A stretch of 61,873 nt of DNA from Clostridiaceae bacterium (GTDB lineage: Bacteria > Bacillota > Clostridia > CAYPLH01 > DUMO01), in contig DUMO01000005.1 in NCBI GenBank assembly GCA_012839865.1, positions 1 through 61,873 on the forward strand, given 5' to 3'. Under the pieces are notes generated by a model, which was not told where the DNA came from, ran no database searches, and saw only the letters and a list, made by a program, of their open reading frames with translations. Each line of letters opens with the position of its first letter. The first letter of the stretch is position 1. The translations under genes and the position numbers were made by a program. Below, piece by piece: positions 19,917 to 29,134 of this stretch.

Positions 19917-21368
19917 TTACAGATCCTTTTGAATTAATTTGATTATTTCATTCATTTTATTGTCAACCCTGGCGGATGCAGTCTCACTGTATGTCAGAAA
20001 CTGATCCGGGAGTGATGATATAGTCCGTGACATTATTTTTTCATTTTCTCCGAAGGACTCCAATATGTCATATATTTCTTTAAGTATTGCATTAATCTCC
20101 CTTGACAACTCCTGAGAAACGGTTTTAACCGTATCTGACAGGCTCCGGTCGAAAGATTTGGAAACTTGTTCGCCAAGCAGGCTGATTTCCTTGCTTATTC
20201 CGGCCATGAGACTTGTGAAGTTTTCCCGGTATTTTTGCATGTCCCCTTCACGCTGGGACATTTCGTCCTTCAACATCTGTCCAAATTCCTTTATGCTCAC
20301 TGTTGCTTCCCTGACCTTGCCAACAAGGGTCTCCATGTCCTCCACAACTTTTTTATTTTGGGCATTTAATTCGTTTACTGCAATCTGGACATCTTTTGAG
20401 AAGGCTTCCATTGAGTTGAAATTGTCAAGCAGTATTTTGGATGAATTCTTAAGGGCTTCGGTTACCTTTATAAAGCTTACATCCATTATTTCAATATTGT
20501 TTCGCAAATTTACATTAAATTCGGTGAAATCTCTTATGTTTTCGGCAAAATTCTTCAGCGAACGGTCGAATTTCTCAACGGTATTATCCAGAGCTTTTGA
20601 AGACAGGGTTACTTCCATGACTACATTCTTAAGTTTTTCGCCTAAGGAATCAGTCATTGCCACCAGGGAATTTTCGATTTTCTTGCCAAACTCTGTGAAA
20701 GTGTCCCTTAAAATTCTGTTCCTAACTTCGTATTCCGATTCCTTATCCCTGGAGATAATCAAAGAAACCGTATTATCCAGGTATTCTTCAATATGTACCA
20801 TTAAATTTTCCCGGCATTCTTCTACATTAAAAATTACGTTCAGCACTGTTAATATTATGGAGAAGGCAATTCCAAAAAGGCTGGTTGTAAATGCCGTAGA
20901 CATTCCTCTTAAGGATGTCAGAAGACTTACCCCCAGGGTTCTGAACATTTCTATTATTTGGTCACTGTCAATTCCCATCATCATTGAAATTAACTCGCCA
21001 ACTGCCAGGGTCAGACCGACAAATGTACCAAGAAGTCCAAGGGCTATAAGGGTTGATATGGAATTTCTCAAGAATCTTTCCGCAACCTGCATTGGACCAA
21101 GGGATGTCTCAAAATGCTTTTCAATTATTGCCTGCGTATTTACTTCCCTGCTGCCGAGAGCAGTGCTCTCATAATCACTGACTATATCATTTAAAAAATC
21201 TGATCTGAACTTTCCGCCCCGCGGCCTTTCCAAATCTGCCAGTATTTTTTTGTATTGGCTTCTGAGTATGAAAATGGCTGTTACGGCAATTATAAATACG
21301 GCAGTCGTAATAAACAGGATAATATAAGCTATTGGATGAAGATTGCTGAAAGCGTATTGAAAAGTCAT
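19917..21368 (-). CDS. MotA/TolQ/ExbB-family (ZorA-like) channel subunit with a long helical C-terminal tail
   Basis: N-terminal TM; LGLLGTFVGL and GMSTAFTTSLFG channel motifs; ~290-aa amphipathic helical tail; ATG at 21368 after AAGGAG. Confidence 0.85.
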   Translation of the reverse strand: MTFQYAFSNLHPIAYIILFITTAVFIIAVTAIFILRSQYKKILADLERPRGGKFRSDFLNDIVSDYESTALGSREVNTQAIIEKHFETSLGPMQVAERFLRNSISTLIALGLLGTFVGLTLAVGELISMMMGIDSDQIIEMFRTLGVSLLTSLRGMSTAFTTSLFGIAFSIILTVLNVIFNVEECRENLMVHIEEYLDNTVSLIISRDKESEYEVRNRILRDTFTEFGKKIENSLVAMTDSLGEKLKNVVMEVTLSSKALDNTVEKFDRSLKNFAENIRDFTEFNVNLRNNIEIMDVSFIKVTEALKNSSKILLDNFNSMEAFSKDVQIAVNELNAQNKKVVEDMETLVGKVREATVSIKEFGQMLKDEMSQREGDMQKYRENFTSLMAGISKEISLLGEQVSKSFDRSLSDTVKTVSQELSREINAILKEIYDILESFGENEKIMSRTISSLPDQFLTYSETASARVDNKMNEIIKLIQKDL

Positions 21369-21670
21369 TTGATCCACTCCTTGCATAGAGAAGCATACAG
21401 CCTCTTAATTTTATCTTTCATATTTTACTTAGATTCATTAAAACTGTTTTTTGTTCCTAAGATTTTCCTGGTTCCGTTTCGGAACAATCAATAGTTTCAA
21501 GCCGGCATTATATTAATGCGAAAGGCAATACTAAAAATGTAAATTGCCGGATAATTATAGGTAGTACTGAGGAAATTTGAGCATATTTGTTATTTAAATA
21601 ATAACACAAAGAAAGTTGAAGGCGCAATACAAATTATTTCTACTTAATATATACACAGGGGACGTTTGAT

Positions 21671-21679
21671 TGATATAAT
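21671..21679 (+). promoter_or_regulatory. Extended -10 promoter element upstream of dinB
   Basis: TG-A-TATAAT at 21671-21679. Confidence 0.5.
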
Positions 21680-21790
21680 TGATGTGGGCTTAAGTGCCCA
21701 TGGGGTGCGCATAAGAAATATAAAATATTGAAGCTGTTGATTGATGCAATTTATGTGAGTCTTAACCCACACGGAAGGTAAAGACGTGCC

Positions 21791-22981
21791 ATGAAAAGAA
21801 TCATATTTCTTGTTGATATGAATGCTTTTTTTATAAGCTGTGAAATGTCCAGGAATAAAAGCCTTAAGGGCAAGCCTGCAGCTGTAGCGGGGGACCCCAA
21901 ATACAGATCAGGTATTATTCTGGCTCCAAATTATGAAGCCAGAAAATACAACATTAAAACAACCATGCTGGTCCATGAAGCAAAAAAGCTTTGCCCCGAC
22001 TTGATTTTAGTACCGCCGGATCATAAATTTTACAGCCAAAAGTCAAGGGAAGTCATGGGCATTTTGTCCCGTTATACACCTGTCATCCAGCAAAACAGCA
22101 TAGACGAAGCCTGGCTTGACCTTACGGGGTGTACACTTCTTTTTGGTTCTCCCCGGGAAATTGCTGAAAATATTATGAAAACTTTAATGGTTGAACTGGA
22201 TTTGTGGTGCTCCATTGGCATATCTGAAAATAAATTTCTGGCAAAGATGGCCTCTGAAAGGAAAAAGCCCCTTGGAATCACTGAAATATGGGTTTCAGAT
22301 ATCAAGGAGAAAATCTGGCCTCTTCCAGTAAGGGAAATGTACGGGATAGGAAAGCAGACGGAGAAAAAGCTGGTTGAGATGGGTTTGTTCACAATCGGAG
22401 ACATCGCTGCCTGCGATCAGAATATTCTGTATGAAGCCCTTGGCAAGTACGGTATTGAACTTAAGAGGCTTGCCAACGGAATAGATACTTCCCCCGTGGA
22501 GGCTAGTCCGGTCCAGGACAGCAAATCAATAAGCAGAAGTGAAACTTTGGCCAGGGATATAACCGATCTGGAGGAGGCAAAAGTTGTTTTGATGGAACTT
22601 GCCGAGGAGGTTGGTATTCAGGCAAGGGAACAGAATTTCAAAGGAAAAACCGTATCGATTACAATAAGGTACAGCGACTTCAAAACCGTCACCCGGCAAA
22701 AGACAGTAAAGCCTACATTTCTTACAAAGGAAATATACAAGGCAGGAGAAAAGCTCCTTGAAGAAAACTGGAATGACAAAAAACCTGTCAGACTGCTGGG
22801 AATTGGACTTAGCAGCAACATTACCGACAAGTTTACGCAGTTGAATTTGTTTGATATAATTGAATCTGCACCTGAAGGGAAAAAGCAGGAAAAACTTGAA
22901 CTTGCCATGGATTCCATAAGAAAAAGATTTGGAATGGATGTAATCAAAAGGGCAAAAATACTTAAGGATAACGATGACTGA
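21791..22981 (+). CDS. dinB: DNA polymerase IV (Y family)
   Basis: FLVDMNAFF, SIDEAWLD, NKFLAKMAS, YGIGK, little-finger KSISRSETL. Confidence 0.93.
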   Translation: MKRIIFLVDMNAFFISCEMSRNKSLKGKPAAVAGDPKYRSGIILAPNYEARKYNIKTTMLVHEAKKLCPDLILVPPDHKFYSQKSREVMGILSRYTPVIQQNSIDEAWLDLTGCTLLFGSPREIAENIMKTLMVELDLWCSIGISENKFLAKMASERKKPLGITEIWVSDIKEKIWPLPVREMYGIGKQTEKKLVEMGLFTIGDIAACDQNILYEALGKYGIELKRLANGIDTSPVEASPVQDSKSISRSETLARDITDLEEAKVVLMELAEEVGIQAREQNFKGKTVSITIRYSDFKTVTRQKTVKPTFLTKEIYKAGEKLLEENWNDKKPVRLLGIGLSSNITDKFTQLNLFDIIESAPEGKKQEKLELAMDSIRKRFGMDVIKRAKILKDNDD

Positions 22982-23054
22982 AGGAGAAAATCTTACGTAA
23001 AAGTTGCCTGTAAGCCCGACTTATACGGGATAACCATAATAAAAGGAGAAAAAA

Positions 23055-23663
23055 ATGCCGGACATAGAAATAATCAAGTCATACTATATACCGAAGATTG
23101 AGAAGTATAATGAGGATTATAAGATTTTGGGATGGGAAAGCAGGGAAGCACAACTCAAAAGATTTGAAATACTGACAAGTCATGTTGACCTTAACGGAAA
23201 AAAATTGCTGGATGTTGGCTGCGGTCTTGGTAATCTTCTGGAATTCCTTGAGAGCAATAATATCAATGTTGACTACACCGGTGTCGATATTCTGGAGGAA
23301 ATGATCACCCTGGCAAAACAGAAAAACCCTGGAGGAAAATTTTACTTTATGGATATATTCAGCGAAAGCTTCTTTAATGAAGGTTCCTTTGATATTGTCT
23401 ATTCTTCAGGTATATTCAATCTCAAAATAAGTGACAACATGGGTTTTCTCAAAAAGGCCCTGAAAACATTTTTTACCCTTTCCAAAGATATGGTCGTTTT
23501 CAACCTTCTTTACTATAAGTCCCGGGACAAGGAGGACATGTATTATTACTACAGCGAAGGAGACATTGACAAGGGGTTGGCCGAGATCTCCATCTGCCCT
23601 CAGGAGATCAAATATGTCAGAAACTATCTGTCCAATGATTTAACGGTGATATGCAAAGCCTGA
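23055..23663 (+). CDS. Class I SAM-dependent methyltransferase
   Basis: LLDVGCGLG motif I, YTGVDI, FDIVYSSGIFN. Confidence 0.85.
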   Translation: MPDIEIIKSYYIPKIEKYNEDYKILGWESREAQLKRFEILTSHVDLNGKKLLDVGCGLGNLLEFLESNNINVDYTGVDILEEMITLAKQKNPGGKFYFMDIFSESFFNEGSFDIVYSSGIFNLKISDNMGFLKKALKTFFTLSKDMVVFNLLYYKSRDKEDMYYYYSEGDIDKGLAEISICPQEIKYVRNYLSNDLTVICKA

Positions 23664-23986
23664 TGTATGATGATCCTTTACGATTCAATTTGTTTGCCGG
23701 AGTATAAGAAAGGTTGAATTTTTCTGATGTGAAAATGAACCTTGGAATCAACCTGTTATGGTAAAGAAGCAGGTTAAATCTGTCTGGCTCAACACCTCGA
23801 CCAGGATGTTTCGAGGAATGTGCCACTAGTTGCCGTTCTGTTTTTCTTTTGGAATAATCATTTTATCAGGAGTATTTTTGCATTTGCAGTCATATGTATA
23901 TTTATATGACCGGAAGATTCCCGGAAGCAGATTAACCGGGTTGATTTTTCGGGCATGATAAAATAAAACCGGTGAAAGGTGCAAAA

Positions 23987-25129
23987 ATGGCTGCAAATAC
24001 AATTTCTCCGAAAAAAATTGCCGGAGTCTACATAGGTACCGTAGTAGGTGCCGGGTTTGCGTCAGGCCAGGAAATTCTCCAGTTTTTCTGTGTGTTTGGG
24101 AAAAATGGCTTCTTCGGTCTTATTCTTGTGACGGTACTTTTTGTTTTTTTCGGTTATCTGATAATGGATATGGGTTATAGCTTAAAATCAAAATCCCATA
24201 TTGAAATCATTCAGATGGTAGGCGGAAAACATATTGGAAGGCTTGCGGACATTATTATAACCTTTTTTTTGTTTGGCAGTTTGACTGCCATGATTGCCGG
24301 AGGCGGCGCCATGTTTAAAGAAAACTTCGGCATATCACCCGTCCTGGGCAGCCTTATTATGGCTGTTGCTGCATCTGTCACATGTTTGTTCGGAATCAGG
24401 GGGGTCATGAATTCCATCAGCTTTATTGTACCCTTCCTGCTTGCCGCTGTCTTATGCATAGGGCTTTTCTCCATGTTTTCAGGTAAAGCAGGTTTTCCCG
24501 ATTCCGAAGCTCTGATTGCATCCAGCAGGCTTTTGGCAAATTGGCAGTGGGCTGCCTTGTTGTATGTATCATACAACATTCTTCTTTCAATTTCTGTTTT
24601 AGGCCCCCTTGGAGCAAATTCCTTCAGCCGCAAGTCTGTAAAAGCGGGAGCCTTTCTGGGGGGAATGGGTTTGGGTATTGGCTCTGCAGTAATATATATG
24701 GCGCTTCTTAAAAACATGCCGGGTGTTCTTGAGTTTGAAATACCCATGATATATATTGCCGGAAAGATGGGGTTTATCCTTCAGTTGGCATATGCCGCAG
24801 TACTATTGATGGAAGTTTATACAACAGCTGTGAGCAGTCTCTTCGGGTTTGTTTCAAGATTAACGGACATTGAATCGGGAAAAGGCAAATGTGCGATCGT
24901 TCTTACTGCTGTCATGTCATTTTTAGCAAGCCGGGTAGGCTTTACCAACCTGGTGAAGTACCTTTATCCGGTGGTTGGTTATTGCGGTATTGTTCTTTTA
25001 ATTTTGCTTGTTTATCATAAAATCAAGTCTTTTATTTGTGCCCATTTTGTTATCTGGTTTCGGAAAAGAGAACTCCATTGCCGTCAGGCCAAATACCATG
25101 GTTTACATAAGCCGCCGACACATATTTAA
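23987..25129 (+). CDS. YkvI-like membrane protein (putative amino-acid permease)
   Basis: YIGTVVGAGFASGQEILQFF N-terminal signature; ~10 TM helices; YLYPVVG. Confidence 0.8.
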   Translation: MAANTISPKKIAGVYIGTVVGAGFASGQEILQFFCVFGKNGFFGLILVTVLFVFFGYLIMDMGYSLKSKSHIEIIQMVGGKHIGRLADIIITFFLFGSLTAMIAGGGAMFKENFGISPVLGSLIMAVAASVTCLFGIRGVMNSISFIVPFLLAAVLCIGLFSMFSGKAGFPDSEALIASSRLLANWQWAALLYVSYNILLSISVLGPLGANSFSRKSVKAGAFLGGMGLGIGSAVIYMALLKNMPGVLEFEIPMIYIAGKMGFILQLAYAAVLLMEVYTTAVSSLFGFVSRLTDIESGKGKCAIVLTAVMSFLASRVGFTNLVKYLYPVVGYCGIVLLILLVYHKIKSFICAHFVIWFRKRELHCRQAKYHGLHKPPTHI

Positions 25130-25241
25130 TTTACTACTACAGGGCGGGAAAGGATATAATGCCTGTGATTACATAAAGCAAGAACCCTTTTCAAGGTGAA
25201 AGAATATACTATTGGTATAGAGCTTAGAAAAGGGTGCAAAG

Positions 25242-26009
25242 ATGAGCGATATAGTTGCAGTACATAATCTTGGAATGAAGTATCATTCACTGAACGGAGA
25301 AATTGATGCTTTAAAAAATGTAAATTTCACAGTAAAAAAAGGTGAATTTATCTGTATAGTAGGACCAAGCGGCTGTGGAAAATCCACATTGCTTTCGCTT
25401 TTAGCCGGCCTTTTGAAACCTACCGAGGGGGAAGTGTATATAAAAGGCAAAAAAGTATCGGGAGCTTCCCTTGATGTCGGTTATATGTTTCAAAAAGATC
25501 ATCTTTTTGAGTGGAGGACAATACATAGAAACGTATTAATCGGTCCGGAAATACGAAGGACACTCACCGACGAAACAAAGGAGTATGTCCTGAATCTTCT
25601 CAAAACCTATGGCTTATACGAATTCAAAGACAAATATCCAAGTCAGCTTTCAGGCGGTATGAGGCAAAGAGCAGCCCTTATCAGGACTATTGCTACAAAG
25701 CCTGATATTTTGCTTCTTGATGAAGCTTTTTCCGCCCTTGATTACCAGACAAGACTAGCCGTTAACGATGACATTTATTCCATAATAAAAAAAGAGAATA
25801 AGACAGCCATACTGGTAACTCATGATATAGCTGAAAGCATCAGCATGGCAGACAGGGTGTTTGTTTTTTCAAAAAGGCCGGGTACCATCAAAAACATTTA
25901 TGAGATCAAGCTAAGCTGTCCTCAGAGGACTCCGCTGTGTTCCAGAGATGCACCTGAATTTCGCTATTATTTCAACAAGATATGGAAGGAGCTTGATGTA
26001 CATGTCTGA
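25242..26009 (+). CDS. NitT/TauT-type ABC transporter ATP-binding protein (YtlC-like)
   Basis: GPSGCGKST, LSGGMRQR, LLLDEAFSALD. Confidence 0.9.
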   Translation: MSDIVAVHNLGMKYHSLNGEIDALKNVNFTVKKGEFICIVGPSGCGKSTLLSLLAGLLKPTEGEVYIKGKKVSGASLDVGYMFQKDHLFEWRTIHRNVLIGPEIRRTLTDETKEYVLNLLKTYGLYEFKDKYPSQLSGGMRQRAALIRTIATKPDILLLDEAFSALDYQTRLAVNDDIYSIIKKENKTAILVTHDIAESISMADRVFVFSKRPGTIKNIYEIKLSCPQRTPLCSRDAPEFRYYFNKIWKELDVHV

Positions 26010-26811
26010 CATGGATAAGAATATTTCCCCTGAACACAAGTTATTCCTCTTGAAGGTTAAAAGACAGAAAATAGCTGTAAATACTGCAAGAATAGCAATT
26101 CTGGTTGCTTTGATCATACTCTGGGAAGTCCTGGCCCAATTCAGGATGATTGATTCATTTATTACCAGCTCTCCTTCCAGGATAGTAAGGACCCTGGTCA
26201 ATTTATACAGGGAAGGCACGTTGTTTCGACATATCCTGGTAACTTGCTCTGAAACTGTAATAGGATTTTTGCTTGGCACGTTGTTAGGGACTCTGATTGC
26301 AGTGATTTTATGGTCTTCCAGTTTCCTGGCCAGAGTATTTGAGCCTTATCTGGTTGTGCTCAACAGCCTGCCTAAAGTTGCCCTTGGACCAATATTCATA
26401 GTCTGGGCGGGGGCAGGACCTGTGTCCATTATCATGATGGCCCTGGCAATATCTCTGATTGTAACAATCATGGAAGTATTAAACGGTTTTCTCGGTGTTG
26501 ACAGGGATAAGATCAAGCTCATGGAGGCCTTTGGAGCAAACAGGTTTCAAACATTTGCAAAAGTTGTACTACCATCAACAAGACCAGTTATTATGAATGC
26601 TCTCAAAATAAATGTTGGTTTATCCTGGGTTGGAGTAATAATGGGAGAATTTCTCGTGTCAAAAGCTGGAATAGGATATCTGATAGTTTATGGCGGGCAG
26701 GTATTCAAACTGGATCTTGTCATGGCAAGTGTTATTATTCTGGGGATTGCGGCAACCCTGATGTACCATGGTGTTTTATTCCTGGAAAGAATTTTGTTCA
26801 GGAATTCATAA
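26002..26811 (+). CDS. NitT/TauT-type ABC transporter permease (YtlD-like)
   Basis: PYLVVLNSLPKVALGP; EAA-like region; GEFLVSKAGIG. Confidence 0.88.
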   Translation: MSDMDKNISPEHKLFLLKVKRQKIAVNTARIAILVALIILWEVLAQFRMIDSFITSSPSRIVRTLVNLYREGTLFRHILVTCSETVIGFLLGTLLGTLIAVILWSSSFLARVFEPYLVVLNSLPKVALGPIFIVWAGAGPVSIIMMALAISLIVTIMEVLNGFLGVDRDKIKLMEAFGANRFQTFAKVVLPSTRPVIMNALKINVGLSWVGVIMGEFLVSKAGIGYLIVYGGQVFKLDLVMASVIILGIAATLMYHGVLFLERILFRNS

Positions 26812-26884
26812 CCTTAAGGTATTGCAGAGGGAGCTTTGCAAGGTTGGTTCAGTATAAAAATTATTATAAATTGGAGGTATTTAT

Positions 26885-27880
26885 ATGAAAAAAATAATCT
26901 TGCTGATCATAGCTGTGATTGGAGTTGTACTGCTGCTTGCTTCCTGTACGAATACAAAGGAAGGGATGATAAAGATAAGACTTAATGAAGTTACCCATTC
27001 GGTGTTTTACGCACCGCAGTACGTAGCAATAAACAAAGGATTTTTCAAGGAAGAAGGACTGGATATAGAACTGTACAACGGGGGCGGGGCAGACAAGGTA
27101 ATGACTGCAGTGCTTTCAGGGCAGGCGGATATAGGATTTGCCGGTGCTGAGACTGCAATCTATGTTTACAATGAAGGTAAGGAAGACTATTGTGTTGTTT
27201 TTGCACAGCTTACCAGGTGTGACGGTTCTTTTCTGGTTGGGCGAAATCCTGAACCGGATTTTACGTGGAGCAATCTGACCGGCAAGCATATAATCGGAGG
27301 TAGAAAAGGCGGCATGCCTTGTATGACACTTGAGTATGTCCTTAAAAAGAACGGGGTCATTCCGGGCAAGGATGTATTGGTGGACACTACAGTGCAGTTT
27401 GATTTGATGGCCGGTGCTTTCACCGGAGGAATGGGGGACTATGTAACACTTTTTGAACCTACAGCCTCCATGCTGGAGAAGGAGGGCAAGGGATACGTTC
27501 TTGCGTCAGTAGGTAAAGGAAGTGGTGAAACTCCGTATACAACTTATTTTGCAAAGAAAAGCTATATTGAAAAGAATCCCGGAATAATTCAGAAGTTTAC
27601 AAATGCTTTATATAGGGGGCAGGTATGGGTTATGGAGCATACTCCGGAGGAGATAGCCGAGGTTATCAAACCTTCGTTCCCTGACACGGATTTAGAGTTG
27701 CTCACCATGGTTGCAAGAAGATACAAGGAAGTAGACGCATGGAAGACTGAACCCTATATCAAAAAAGAAGCATTGGAACTTTTGTATGAAGTTATGACGG
27801 AAGCAGGAGAACTTGACAAAAAGCCGCCTTATGAAGAGATTATTGATAACAGCTTTGCAGAAAAAACCGTTAAGAAATAA
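26885..27880 (+). CDS. NMT1/THI5-like substrate-binding lipoprotein (YtlA-like)
   Basis: Lipobox LAS-C; EVTHSVFYAPQYVA; GRKGGMP. Confidence 0.85.
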   Translation: MKKIILLIIAVIGVVLLLASCTNTKEGMIKIRLNEVTHSVFYAPQYVAINKGFFKEEGLDIELYNGGGADKVMTAVLSGQADIGFAGAETAIYVYNEGKEDYCVVFAQLTRCDGSFLVGRNPEPDFTWSNLTGKHIIGGRKGGMPCMTLEYVLKKNGVIPGKDVLVDTTVQFDLMAGAFTGGMGDYVTLFEPTASMLEKEGKGYVLASVGKGSGETPYTTYFAKKSYIEKNPGIIQKFTNALYRGQVWVMEHTPEEIAEVIKPSFPDTDLELLTMVARRYKEVDAWKTEPYIKKEALELLYEVMTEAGELDKKPPYEEIIDNSFAEKTVKK

Positions 27881-27905
27881 TGCCAATACAAAATAAAAAA
27901 TTGAT

Positions 27906-27935
27906 GTTTACATAAGAAAATTGTTGGTATAAATA
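27906..27935 (+). promoter_or_regulatory. sigmaF-type (forespore) promoter
   Basis: GTTTA-15 nt-GGTATAAATA against the Bacillus sigmaF consensus GYWTA-N15-GGNRANANTW (one mismatch). Confidence 0.6.
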
Positions 27936-27942
27936 TCATGGA

Positions 27943-28106
27943 ACCAATATTAGAATAATGAGGTCTAATAATTTGATTATTCCTTAAAGTTGCATAAAAG
28001 CATTACCCGTAACTTTATGGAGATAATTCAAGTTACAACTGAATAGAGATATCATAACCAACAACCCCCCCTTAAATGAGTACGGCCCCCTCCGTACTCA
28101 TTTTTT
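27943..28106 (+). ncRNA. Candidate sporulation sRNA (CsfG-like) with C-rich motifs
   Basis: No substantial ORF; downstream of the sigmaF-type promoter; internal stems; C7 tract at 28065-28071; perfect 12-bp terminator stem with a CCCCCT loop and T run. The 5' end is approximate. Confidence 0.5.
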
Positions 28107-28243
28107 AACATCCGCCATGATGCATTACACTTGTGCGATTCTGCACGTTAACCTATGAAAAATGTTTTGTAATAATAAGAAAATAATTGCGGAAAAATAC
28201 TTTAGGGCAGAATTCCCAAAAAATAATCAGGAGTGATGCAAGA

Positions 28244-28426
28244 ATGGATGCTAAAAGGGCAAGAGAGATTTTTGAGTCTTATGGGGTTATTGATGTATTG
28301 CACAACAACCAGTCAGTCTGGATAGAGTCTTTAAACGGAAACGAAGCAAAGGTCACATATATTGAGAGCGATAAAACTGTTGATGTACCTATCAGTCAGC
28401 TTGTAGAGGGTGATCCTATAGAATAA
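28244..28426 (+). CDS. sspH: H-type small acid-soluble spore protein
   Basis: MDAKRAREIFESYGVIDVLHNNQSVWIE matches the SspH pattern M...RA.EI..S....V.y.g.p.yI; 60 aa; AGGAG RBS. Confidence 0.8.
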   Translation: MDAKRAREIFESYGVIDVLHNNQSVWIESLNGNEAKVTYIESDKTVDVPISQLVEGDPIE

Positions 28427-28560
28427 AGATGGTTTGCAGTTAACAAAAAACTCTTTTGCAAAATATATTTGTTTGCTATAATATGATTGCTTTGCGGAAG
28501 GTAGTTATACTTCCTGAAAATAAAGGCTATATTGATTATACTTGGGATAGGGGTCATAAA

Positions 28561-28824
28561 ATGACATATGTAACAAAGGGAGTCTGCTCCAAAAGTATTA
28601 ACATCAGCGTTGAGGATGGAATAATTAAAAGTGTTGAATTTGTCGGAGGCTGCAACGGAAATCTTCAGGGAATAGGAAGGCTTGTGCAGGGAATGAAGGT
28701 GGAAGAGGCTATACAAAGGCTGAAAGGCATTTGTTGCGGGCAAAAGGATACATCATGCCCCGACCAGTTGGCAACAGCCCTTGAAAGCATGATTGAAACC
28801 CGGGCTGACAAACAGGCAATATGA
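28561..28824 (+). CDS. TSCPD-domain small protein (TIGR03905-like)
   Basis: TKGVCS, FVGGCNGN, GICCG, TSCPDQLA. Confidence 0.85.
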   Translation: MTYVTKGVCSKSINISVEDGIIKSVEFVGGCNGNLQGIGRLVQGMKVEEAIQRLKGICCGQKDTSCPDQLATALESMIETRADKQAI

Positions 28825-28929
28825 TTTAAATAATTTTGCCGAATAATAAATAAAGGCAGTTGAGCTGCTCATGTCTTTGGCCTATGGGAGAGTCACTGTT
28901 CAGATGTTCCATAAAATAAATCGGTTATT

Positions 28930-29134
28930 TAGCAAATCCGGCGGGAATCCTCCGCATTTGAATGGGGAGATGAAAGCCGTGAGCATATAACATATTAAAA
29001 AAGTACCTGTGTAGGAATAGCCACAAAACCATCCCAGCAGTAGAGGGTTTGGACACCCCGGAAGCGTACCGATGGAACAGTCATTGTTTCGTTGAGAGCT
29101 CGAAGCTCGCCATTTCAATGGCGATGTAGTTCAC
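28930..29134 (+). mobile_element. Non-autonomous IS200/IS605 (IS1341-like) relic/PATE with tnpB 3' remnant
   Basis: Left hairpin CTCCGCAT-TTGA-ATGGGGAG; right end GAAG-C-TCGCCAT-TTCA-ATGGCGA-TGTAGTTCAC; the interior translates as AYNILKKYLC..., like the segment after the TnpB RuvC-III Asp. The left boundary is approximate. Confidence 0.78.

Noticed and set aside
20158..21174. 338-aa plus-strand ORF
   Set aside because: Antisense shadow of the ZorA-like gene; Ser/Phe-rich, with no RBS or motifs
21471..21485. GTTCCG-TTT-CGGAAC as a LexA box for dinB
   Set aside because: Half-sites are in the wrong orientation and spacing versus GAAC-N4-GTTC, and ~190 bp from the promoter
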